This document shows, one piece after another, positions 8,235-15,203 of a stretch of DNA of 24,000 nucleotides (its first letter is position 1; each line of letters starts with the position of its first letter). A model generated the notes under the pieces. That model had not been told where the DNA came from and did no database searches. It was given only the letters and a program-made list of their open reading frames with translations. The DNA comes from Ralstonia flatus (GTDB lineage: Bacteria > Pseudomonadota > Gammaproteobacteria > Burkholderiales > Burkholderiaceae): assembly GCF_958439105.1 (NCBI RefSeq), contig NZ_CAUDLI010000004.1, positions 274,009-298,008 of the forward strand, written 5' to 3'. The position numbers and the translations under genes are program-made.

Positions 8235-8267
8235 AACAATAAATTGTCTGTCGCGACATTTATTGTC
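8235..8267. promoter_or_regulatory. two adjacent copies of a 14-bp inverted-repeat motif (aACAAT-AA-ATTGTC at 8235-8248; GACATTTATTGTC at 8255-8267)
   Basis: Read directly from the sequence. The copies lie 115-147 bp upstream of the repeat-protein start, with centres about 20 bp apart. The same motif, GACAAT-AA-ATTGTC, recurs at 11657-11670. The binding factor is unknown. Confidence 0.4.
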
Positions 8268-8381
8268 TGAACAGGCTCGCCTACGATGACTCCATCGAAT
8301 GCGGCGCCGCAGCGAAAAAGACGATCCAGGAAACGTCCGGATCACCTGCCCGACGCGCTGCGCCCATCTGGAGAAGACATC

Positions 8382-8807
8382 ATGAAAGCCCAACGCACCC
8401 TGATCGCTGCCCTGATCGCCCTGGCAAGTGTGCCGGCCCTGGCAGCAGCCAAGTTTGACGTGTACACGCAAGGCGCCGCGCAAGTCAGCCAACGCTTCGA
8501 CGTGTATTCGGATGGCGCCAAGGTTGGCGAGAAGTTCGACCCGTACACTCAAGGCGCAAAGGTCGGCGACAAGTTCGATCCGTACACCCAAGGTGCGAAG
8601 GCCGGCAGCAAGTTCGACCCGTACACCGAAGGCGCCCTGGCTCGCGTCGGCAAGTTCGATACCTATACCGAAGGCGCCAAGGCTGGCAGCAAGTTCGATC
8701 CGTACACCGAAGGTGCACTGGCCCGCGCAGGCAAGTTCGACACCTACACCGAAGGTGCCAAGGCCGGTAGCAAGTTTGATCCGTACACCGAAGGCGCCGT
8801 GGCCTGA
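8382..8807 (+). CDS. secreted tandem-repeat protein, nine (K)FD(P/V/T)Y(T/S)(E/Q/D)GA repeats
   Basis: ATG 8382 is preceded by GGAGAAG (8369-8375). The Sec signal peptide is MKAQRTLIAALIALASVPALA-AA. The remaining ~118 aa are entirely repeats, and a strong terminator follows. The track's upstream extension (from 8286) is Arg-rich and unlikely to be coding. Confidence 0.8.
   Translation: MKAQRTLIAALIALASVPALAAAKFDVYTQGAAQVSQRFDVYSDGAKVGEKFDPYTQGAKVGDKFDPYTQGAKAGSKFDPYTEGALARVGKFDTYTEGAKAGSKFDPYTEGALARAGKFDTYTEGAKAGSKFDPYTEGAVA
8451..8804 (+). repeat. in-frame tandem DNA repeat, unit 36-45 bp (9 units), with an 81-bp higher-order duplication
   Basis: The core AAGTT(C/T)GA(C/T)CCGTACAC(C/T)(C/G)AAGG(C/T)GC recurs 9 times. 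Units 5-6 (KFDPYTEGALARVG+KFDTYTEGAKAGS) are duplicated as units 7-8. The copies differ mainly at synonymous positions. Confidence 0.9.
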
Positions 8808-8826
8808 GCCCGGTTTCTTCCGCAGG

Positions 8827-8856
8827 AACGCCCGCGCACTGCGGGCGTTTTTATTT
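8827..8856 (+). terminator. rho-independent terminator of the repeat-protein gene
   Basis: The stem is AACGCCCGC-GCACT-GCGGGCGTT (9-bp perfect stem), followed by TTTATTT. Confidence 0.85.
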
Positions 8857-8931
8857 GCGTCAGCGGAAAGCGCAATGATTGCGAACTGAGTCGCCCTTGT
8901 TGCGTCTCACTCTCATCGCAACCAGGAAGCC

Positions 8932-9237
8932 ATGATGATTCGTTTCCGTCGTCCAAACCGCTCCCTCCAATGCCTTACGCTGGCCACGGCCGCCATGCTG
9001 GCCGGCTGCGCGACCGTCACGCCGGGCCCATTCCAGATCACCGTGCGTGATGCCGATGACTCGGTGCTGGAGCAATTCCAGTTCCAGGCCGGCTCGCAGG
9101 GGTCGCTCGAGACGGCCATGATCGGCATGTGCCGCGTCTATCCGGATGCCACCGTCATCGCGGAGCAGCTCTCGACGCACGAGCGTCTGCAGGAGCGCTG
9201 CAAGCGCTCGTTCGCTTCCATGCTTTCGCTGTCCTGA
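8932..9237 (+). CDS. hypothetical lipoprotein (101 aa)
   Basis: AGGAAG lies upstream of ATGATG. The signal peptide ends in the lipobox L-A-G-C (LATAAMLAGC). I recognise no family for the mature part. Confidence 0.65.
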   Translation: MMIRFRRPNRSLQCLTLATAAMLAGCATVTPGPFQITVRDADDSVLEQFQFQAGSQGSLETAMIGMCRVYPDATVIAEQLSTHERLQERCKRSFASMLSLS

Positions 9238-9326
9238 TGCGGCGCTGAAGCGGCTACCATGTCGCCTCATCGGCTGGCGTTGCCGGCCTTGTGTGAACAC
9301 CCCCGAGGCACGCACCTGAGGCGCAT

Positions 9327-9998
9327 GTGAACCCGCAAGACAAGTCTTCCGAGATTCCCCAGCTTTCCCGCTTCGCTGCGACGCGACCGCGTCTGCTGTC
9401 TGCGTTCGCGCTGGGCGCCGTCGCGGTCGCCGTCGTACCGGCGCATGGTTGGCTCGCGCGCCTGCTGCTCGGCTGGGACGTCGCCGTGTGGGCGTACCTG
9501 ATCCTGATCACGGTGATGATGTTGCGCGCCGATCCGCACCGCATCCGCGCCGTTGCCCGCCGTGAAGACGCGCGCGCTTCTGCGGTGCTGGCGGTGGTCT
9601 GCCTCGGCGTGGTGGCCAGCATGGTGGCCATTGCGTTTGAACTGGCGACCGCCAAGTCGGCGGGCCATGCGCAGACGTCGCACTACGTATTTACCGGCAT
9701 CACGGTGTTGGGTGCGTGGCTCATGGTGCCGATGATGTTCACGGTGCACTACGCGCATCTGTATTACCGTGCCCCGCACGAGCCGCCGCTGCGGTTTCCC
9801 GATGATCAGCTCGAGCCGGATTACTGGGATTTCCTCTACTTCTCCTTTACGATCGCGGTCGCCAGCCAGACGGCCGATGTCAGCATCCGTTCGGGCGCTA
9901 TGCGGCGGGCGGTGCTGGGGCAATCGCTGCTGTCGTTCTTCTTCAATACGAGCATCCTCGCGCTCTCCATCAACATTGCTGCCGGTCTGTTTTCATGA
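9327..9998 (+). CDS. DUF1345-like integral membrane protein
   Basis: 223 aa with a GTG start and GAGG 6 nt upstream. It has about 5-6 TM segments and the motifs HYAHLYY and DFLYFSFTIAVASQTADV, which I recall as typical of DUF1345. Its stop overlaps the next gene's ATG. Confidence 0.75.
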   Translation: MNPQDKSSEIPQLSRFAATRPRLLSAFALGAVAVAVVPAHGWLARLLLGWDVAVWAYLILITVMMLRADPHRIRAVARREDARASAVLAVVCLGVVASMVAIAFELATAKSAGHAQTSHYVFTGITVLGAWLMVPMMFTVHYAHLYYRAPHEPPLRFPDDQLEPDYWDFLYFSFTIAVASQTADVSIRSGAMRRAVLGQSLLSFFFNTSILALSINIAAGLFS

Positions 9999-11032
9999 CG
10001 ATGCTGCCTTCCGAGCTTCCGCCCAAGGCACACACGCGCCCGATCAACGCCGTCAGCTATGTGCTGGTGGCCGCCATGATTGGGGCCGTGCTGTGGCTGC
10101 ATTTGCTGCCGGCCGCCATTGCCGGCTTTCTTGTGTATGCGTTGGCGCGCAAGCTGGAGGCGCGCCTGCGTGCGCGGCACACGGTTTCCAAGCGCGCCAG
10201 GGCGATTGCGGTGATCTGTGTTTTCCTGATCGCCGCGCTCATTCTTGCGGCGCTGGGCATCGGGATCGGCCGTCTGGTCGAGCACGGGCATGGGCTGGAA
10301 GGCATGCTCACGCGCATTGCCGACGTGCTCGACAACCTGCGCGAGTCGCTGCCGGCGGCGGTCGTCAACTATGTGCCGCAGTCGGTGACCGAGCTGCGTG
10401 TGCAGCTGGTGCAAATGCTCAAGGAGCATGGCCACCAGGTGTCGACCATAGGTATCGACGGCCTGCGCGCCAGTGCATTGATGCTGGTGGGGCTGATCCT
10501 GGGTGCGATGGTGGCCTGGTCGGAAACGCCGGATGCCGAGCACCACAAGCCGCTGGCCGCTGCACTGGTGAACCGGCTGAGCCGGCTGACCGATGCGTTC
10601 GAGGCCGTGGTGTTTGCGCAGGTGAAGATCTCGGCGCTCAACACGGCGCTCGCTGCCATCTACCTGCTGGGCGCGCTGCCGCTGTTCGGGCAGCACGTGC
10701 CGTATTCCAAATCGCTGATCCTGTTGACCTTCGTGGCGGGGCTGATTCCGGTAGCGGGCAACCTCATCTCCAATACAGCGATCGTGGTGATGAGCGTGAC
10801 CGCCTCATTGGAGCTGGCAGTGGCATCGCTCATCTTCCTCGTGGTGGTGCACAAGCTGGAGTACTTCGTGAACGCGCGCATCATCGGCAGCCGCATCGAT
10901 GCGCGCGCGTGGGAACTGATTCTCGCGCTGATCGTGATGGAGGCGCTGTTTGGCGTGGGCGGCGTGATTGCCGCGCCAGTGCTGTACGCCTACATGAAAC
11001 GCGAGCTGACGGACGCCGGGTTGATCGGCTGA
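9995..11032 (+). CDS. AI-2E family transporter (PerM/UPF0118)
   Basis: 345 aa, polytopic. The C-terminal region (GLIPVAGNLISNTAIV...HKLEYFVNARIIG...ALFGVGGVIAAPV) is typical of the family. Its ATGA overlaps the upstream gene. Confidence 0.85.
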   Translation: MTMLPSELPPKAHTRPINAVSYVLVAAMIGAVLWLHLLPAAIAGFLVYALARKLEARLRARHTVSKRARAIAVICVFLIAALILAALGIGIGRLVEHGHGLEGMLTRIADVLDNLRESLPAAVVNYVPQSVTELRVQLVQMLKEHGHQVSTIGIDGLRASALMLVGLILGAMVAWSETPDAEHHKPLAAALVNRLSRLTDAFEAVVFAQVKISALNTALAAIYLLGALPLFGQHVPYSKSLILLTFVAGLIPVAGNLISNTAIVVMSVTASLELAVASLIFLVVVHKLEYFVNARIIGSRIDARAWELILALIVMEALFGVGGVIAAPVLYAYMKRELTDAGLIG

Positions 11033-11090
11033 CGCGTTTCTCGTTGATGCGCGGGGTGACCCGCCAGCGCCCCCGCGCTGACGGCATCGG

Positions 11091-11126
11091 CAGAAAAGAG
11101 CGCGCCCTACGGGACGAGGGGCGCGC
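11091..11126 (-). terminator. rho-independent terminator oriented for the minus strand
   Basis: On the minus strand the stem is GCGCGCCC-(11-nt loop)-GGGCGCGC, followed by TCTTTTCT. The plus-strand flank (AATAACTC) is not U-rich. This implies a minus-strand transcription unit in the 11.1-11.6 kb gap. Confidence 0.6.
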
Positions 11127-11656
11127 AATAACTCGCTGACCGAGAGACGTCAGCGAGCCGAGGGTCGGTACACGGGGACGAAGCGGGCGGCGGGCGCGTG
11201 GCGTTGCCGGTGACATCCACGGCTTCGGATGTGACGAAGCAGCAGACGACCCGGTCGTCGAGCAGGGCCTGATAGAAAAGGTCTCCCATCGCGCGGCATA
11301 GCGTTCCCGTTAGCAGGATCATCATGGCTTCCCCTCCCATGTCGGCCGATGTGCGGCATCGTCGATGCAGGTCATCGGTTCGGGTTGCGGATCGTCGTGC
11401 GCGTGAAGTTGCCGCGCATCGGGCTCCGTCAGGCCGTCGGCACTGGCGCCTGGCTGGTATTCCGGCGTCGTGCTGCAGTCCATGCTGGCGAGTATAGAAA
11501 GCGTCTCCTGAGCGGCCATGCTCCGAACGGAGTAGCCCTGCGCGAGAAAACGGCTAACAGGTTAGCTGCCTGCCAGGGCAAGCGGGGCAAGGGTTTGCGG
11601 GAAGATGCCCCACGTTTTGGTGAAACCGGCGCGGCGTGGGGTGACGCTTCTGCCCC

Positions 11657-11670
11657 GACAATAAATTGTC
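11657..11670. promoter_or_regulatory. inverted repeat GACAAT-AA-ATTGTC upstream of the MFS gene
   Basis: Two perfect 6-bp arms, 86-100 bp upstream of the MFS start. It is the same motif as at 8235-8267. Confidence 0.4.
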
Positions 11671-11755
11671 CGGTTTGCGCTAATCGTTGTCGAATTTGCG
11701 GTAACACGCCTGCACCGTTTAGGCGCAAGATTGAACGCTTCCTCGCCTCAATCTC

Positions 11756-13012
11756 GTGACCTCAAACATCATGCAAACCACCGCAAACGGCACGGCCGCT
11801 GCATCGGCGACGCCCGCCGCGCAGGCCGACAAGACCGGCTTTGGCGTGATCGGCGCCATCAGCTTCGCGCACTTCCTCAACGACATGATGCAGTCGTTGA
11901 TCCTGGCGATCTATCCGCTGCTCAAGGGCAATTTCCATCTCGATTTTTCGCAGATCGGGCTGATCACGCTCACGTATCAGATCACCGCCTCGCTGCTGCA
12001 GCCGATGGTCGGGCTGTATACCGACAAGCATCCGAAGCCGTATTCGCTGGCGGTGGGCATGGGCTTTACGCTGGTGGGGCTGTTGCTGCTGTCGGTGGCA
12101 CCCAACTTTGGCACGGTGCTCCTGGCGGCGGCGCTGGTGGGCACCGGCTCGTCGATCTTCCATCCGGAATCGTCGCGCGTGGCGCGTATGGCGTCGGGCG
12201 GACGTCATGGGCTGGCGCAGTCGCTATTCCAGGTGGGCGGCAATGTGGGCAGCGCGATGGGTCCGCTGCTCGCCGCAATCATCATCATGCCGTATGGGCA
12301 GCACAGCCTGGCGTGGTTCTCCATCGCTGCGCTGATCGCCATCTTCGTGCTGTATCACGTGGGCGGCTGGTACAAGCGTGAACGCGCTGCAGGCCATGGC
12401 CGCAAGGCGGGCGGTCGCGCACATGCCGCGGTCAAGCTGTCGGGCGGGCAGGTCGCGTTTGCGATGACGCTGCTGGTCGTGCTGCTGTTCTCGAAGTACT
12501 TTTACCTGGCGAGCCTGAACAGCTATTACACGTTTTTCCTGATCACCAAGTTCCACCTGTCGGCGCAGACGTCACAGCTGTTCCTGTTCCTCTTCCTGTT
12601 CTCGGTGGCGGTGGGCACGATCGTGGGTGGTCCGATTGGGGATCGCGTGGGCCGCAAGGTCGTGATCTGGGTGTCGATCCTCGGGGTGGCGCCGTTCACG
12701 TTGCTGTTGCCGTACGCCAACCTGTTCTGGACGGCCGTGCTGACGGTGATCATCGGGCTGGTGCTGGCCTCGGCGTTCTCGGCCATTCTCGTGTATGCGC
12801 AGGAGTTGATTCCCGGCAAGGTCGGGATGGTGTCGGGCCTGTTCTTCGGGTTTGCGTTCGGGCTGGGCGGCATTGGCGCTGCGGTGCTCGGCAAGCTGGC
12901 CGATGCAACCGACATCTACAACGTCTATCACCTGTGCTCGTTCCTGCCGCTCATCGGCTTGCTGACGGTGTTCCTGCCGGATATCGAACGCAAGCGCCAA
13001 CAGGCGGCGTAA
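11756..13012 (+). CDS. MFS transporter, Fsr (fosmidomycin-resistance)-like family
   Basis: About 12 TM segments. Motifs are FAHFLNDMMQSLI, GLYTDKHPKP (MFS motif A-like) and FHPESSR, which I recall from Fsr-type MFS proteins. The start is either GTG 11756 or ATG 11771. Confidence 0.8.
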   Translation: MTSNIMQTTANGTAAASATPAAQADKTGFGVIGAISFAHFLNDMMQSLILAIYPLLKGNFHLDFSQIGLITLTYQITASLLQPMVGLYTDKHPKPYSLAVGMGFTLVGLLLLSVAPNFGTVLLAAALVGTGSSIFHPESSRVARMASGGRHGLAQSLFQVGGNVGSAMGPLLAAIIIMPYGQHSLAWFSIAALIAIFVLYHVGGWYKRERAAGHGRKAGGRAHAAVKLSGGQVAFAMTLLVVLLFSKYFYLASLNSYYTFFLITKFHLSAQTSQLFLFLFLFSVAVGTIVGGPIGDRVGRKVVIWVSILGVAPFTLLLPYANLFWTAVLTVIIGLVLASAFSAILVYAQELIPGKVGMVSGLFFGFAFGLGGIGAAVLGKLADATDIYNVYHLCSFLPLIGLLTVFLPDIERKRQQAA

Positions 13013-13040
13013 CGCGACACACGTCGCACACGGATGCAGC

Positions 13041-13085
13041 GCGGCGGACGTCCCCTCCCGGACGATCCGCCGCTTTGCTTTCTGC
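13041..13085 (+). terminator. rho-independent terminator of the MFS gene
   Basis: The hairpin is GCGGCGGACGTCC-(6-nt loop)-GGACGaTCCGCCGC (13 bp with one bulge), followed by TTTGCTTTCTGCTGTT. Confidence 0.7.
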
Positions 13086-13197
13086 TGTTGGGCGCTATTT
13101 CTGTGCGATGTGGGTCGGGCCCGGCCACACGCCGGTCATCTCGATCTCGCGCCGGGTCAGGATGCCCTGGCAGCGTACGAGGCCGCCGTGCGTGGCA

Positions 13198-13824
13198 TCA
13201 CGCAAGCCGCGCGAGCCCCAGCGCCAATCCCAATCCGATCAGGATCACGCCGATCACGCCGTCCACAATGCGTTGCCGTGCCAGCAGCGAACGTCGCAAT
13301 GCGCCTGACGCAAACACTGCGGCCACCAACGCAAACCACACCGCGTGCGCCGCCGACATGAAGAGGCCGTAGCCAAACTGCGCGAGCAGCGGCGTGCCCG
13401 CGTGAACGACCTGCGTGTACGTGCTGATCACGAAGAGCGTCGTTTTGGGATTGAGCGCATTGGTGAGAAAGCCCATGCGCAGGGCTGCGAAGGTCGTCAG
13501 CGTCGGGGTGCCGACGCTGTTACCGGCAGTCTCGCCGCTGGGCGACGGCTTGGCCGACAGCGTCTTCCAGCCAATCCACACCAGGTACGCCGCGCCCACC
13601 AGCTTGATGCCTTGCAGCAGCGTTGGCGCATGCGCGATCAGCAGCCCCACGCCGAACATGGTGTAGAACACGTGCACCTGCACGCCGAGCGCAATGCCCA
13701 GCGCGCACAGCACGCCGGCGCGCCGCCCATGCAGCAGGCTGTTGCGCGTGACCATGGCAAAGTCCGCGCCCGGGCTGACGACAGCCAGGATCGTGATGAT
13801 GGCAACAGCAAGGAGTTCTGTCAT
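13198..13824 (-). CDS. LysE/RhtB family amino-acid exporter
   Basis: 208 aa from the internal ATG (MTELLAVAIITILAVVSPGADF...). It has 6 TM segments and the family motifs PGADF and NPKT. It is divergent from a LysR regulator, which is the classic arrangement. Confidence 0.85.
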   Translation of the reverse strand: MTELLAVAIITILAVVSPGADFAMVTRNSLLHGRRAGVLCALGIALGVQVHVFYTMFGVGLLIAHAPTLLQGIKLVGAAYLVWIGWKTLSAKPSPSGETAGNSVGTPTLTTFAALRMGFLTNALNPKTTLFVISTYTQVVHAGTPLLAQFGYGLFMSAAHAVWFALVAAVFASGALRRSLLARQRIVDGVIGVILIGLGLALGLARLA

Positions 13825-13925
13825 GTCGGGCGCAATCGCAAAGTGGAGGTGCGCCGATTCTGGCGGCATCCGTCATTGCTGAAAATCGATTTATGATGCC
13901 CTTTTTAGGTGAGAAAAACTGACAG

Positions 13926-14792
13926 ATGGCACTGCCTCCACTGAATACGCTGCGTGTGTTTGAAGCTGCGGCGCGGCATGGCAGCTTCGTGCGTGCGGCG
14001 CAGGAGCTGCACGTGACACATGGTGCGGTTAGCCGCCAGATACGGCAGTTGGAAGCGTCGTTAGGCGTGGACTTGTTCGAGCGTCGCAATCGGGCGGTCT
14101 TCCTGACATCGGCGGGCGAACAACTGCATGCCGCTGCCACCGATGCGTTCGGAATTCTCACCGATAGCATCGACCGGATTGCCCGTCGGGCAACGTCTTC
14201 AGCGCTAGTGGTGTCATGCGAACCGACGCTGGCGATGCGATGGCTGATCCCGCGGCTGTCGCGCTTTCAGGCCCGGCATCCGGCCATCCAGGTGCATCTG
14301 TTCGCGGCGGGCGGCCCGATCGATTTCGTGCGCAGCGGTGTGGACGTCGCCTTGCGCCGTGATGACTTTGCATGGCCGGCGCACGTGCATGCAGCACCCA
14401 TTTGCGACGAGTGGATCGGCCCGGTGCACGCTCCGCAAGCGGATCCCGCCGCGCGCCGACGGCTGCTGCATACCGCCACGCGCCCCGATGCATGGCAGGC
14501 GTGGTGGCGTGCCAGCAGCACGGCCCGACCGCGCGGCCGGTTGCCCGAGGCGCGCTATGAACATTTCTATTTGAGTTTGCAGGCGGCCCTGGCTGGGCAG
14601 GGCACGGCCATCGCGTCAAAGCTGATGGCCGGTGACGATTTGCAAGATGGGCGGCTGGTCGCGCCCGAAGGGTTCCGCCGCGACGGCTCTGGCTACTACT
14701 TGCTGGCCGATGCGCCGATTGCTGCCGAGAGCGGGGCCGGCGCCTGGCTCGCGTGGCTGCGCGAAGAAACCGCCGCCACGCTGGCGGATTAA
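13926..14792 (+). CDS. LysR-family transcriptional regulator (GcvA-like)
   Basis: N-terminal HTH: LNTLRVFEAAARHGSFVRAAQELHVTHGAVSRQIRQLE. 288 aa. It is divergent from the LysE gene. The palindrome AAATCGATTT (13883-13892) lies in the shared intergenic region. Confidence 0.9.
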   Translation: MALPPLNTLRVFEAAARHGSFVRAAQELHVTHGAVSRQIRQLEASLGVDLFERRNRAVFLTSAGEQLHAAATDAFGILTDSIDRIARRATSSALVVSCEPTLAMRWLIPRLSRFQARHPAIQVHLFAAGGPIDFVRSGVDVALRRDDFAWPAHVHAAPICDEWIGPVHAPQADPAARRRLLHTATRPDAWQAWWRASSTARPRGRLPEARYEHFYLSLQAALAGQGTAIASKLMAGDDLQDGRLVAPEGFRRDGSGYYLLADAPIAAESGAGAWLAWLREETAATLAD

Positions 14793-14804
14793 CGCAAACG
14801 GGCC

Positions 14805-15077
14805 TTACGCTGCTGCGTGTCCGCCGCGCAGGATGCCCCGAATCGTGGCCAGATAGGCCTCGCCCACGGCACGGTTGAGCGGCCGCGCGCGGGGTGTCGC
14901 CCGCTTGCGCGGCGGCGGCGTCAGGCCCAGCGTGCGGCAGACTTCCGACGCATAGGGCCGCCCGCGCACCTCCATGCGCAACACGACTTCGTTCAGCGCC
15001 TGTTCACCCAGACGCTCGCGCAGCCAGAGCACCGTCTGGCGGTCGTACTCGTTTTCGATGCGGATCAGGTCGTCCAT
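14805..15077 (-). CDS. hypothetical 90-aa protein, predicted LexA/SOS-regulated
   Basis: MDDLIRIENEYDRQTVLWLRERLGEQALNEVVLRMEVRGRPYASEVCRTLGLTPPPRKRATPRARPLNRAVGEAYLATIRGILRGGHAAA. Third-position G+C is very high across the whole ORF, typical of real genes here. The ATG lies 7 nt from a LexA box. I recognise no family. Confidence 0.7.
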   Translation of the reverse strand: MDDLIRIENEYDRQTVLWLRERLGEQALNEVVLRMEVRGRPYASEVCRTLGLTPPPRKRATPRARPLNRAVGEAYLATIRGILRGGHAAA

Positions 15078-15084
15078 GGCAGTG

Positions 15085-15100
15085 CTGTATAAATTTACAG
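15085..15100. promoter_or_regulatory. LexA (SOS) box 1: CTGTATAAATTTACAG
   Basis: A perfect CTGT-N8-ACAG with an all-A/T spacer. This is the consensus shared by beta- and gamma-proteobacteria. Confidence 0.85.
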
Positions 15101-15103
15101 TTA

Positions 15104-15119
15104 CTGTAAATATATACAG
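15104..15119. promoter_or_regulatory. LexA (SOS) box 2: (TA)CTGTAAATATATACAG
   Basis: A perfect CTGT-N8-ACAG. With its flanks it matches 17/20 of TACTGTATATATATACAGTA. It overlaps a putative -10 (TATATT), 16 nt downstream of TTGAAA (plus-strand coordinates 15131-15136) on the minus strand. Confidence 0.85.
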
Positions 15120-15203
15120 GTATCCACAGATTTCAAGGACGATGTTGCGGCCGCGCCGCACTAGCGTGACGGGCGGCTCAGTGGATGCGGTAACCGCCCC
15201 GTT

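Noticed and set aside
8286-8381. The N-terminal extension of the repeat-protein ORF in the track (MTPSNAAPQRKRRSRKRPDHLPDALRPSGEDI).
   Set aside because: It is Arg-rich and lacks signal-peptide logic. An internal ATG at 8382 has a proper SD and starts a canonical signal peptide. The extension is better read as 5' UTR. Similar upstream extensions were trimmed for the SDR (16073 to 15968), LysE (13869 to 13824), copC (19689 to 19536), KAS III (19629 to 19743) and the SOS-regulated ORF (15161 to 15077).
8451-8804. Whether the regular ~39-bp repeats could be a CRISPR array or a mobile-element remnant.
   Set aside because: The repeats are contiguous with no spacers. They are in frame within an ORF that has a signal peptide, an SD and a terminator, and they vary mainly at synonymous sites. 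This is a protein-coding tandem repeat.
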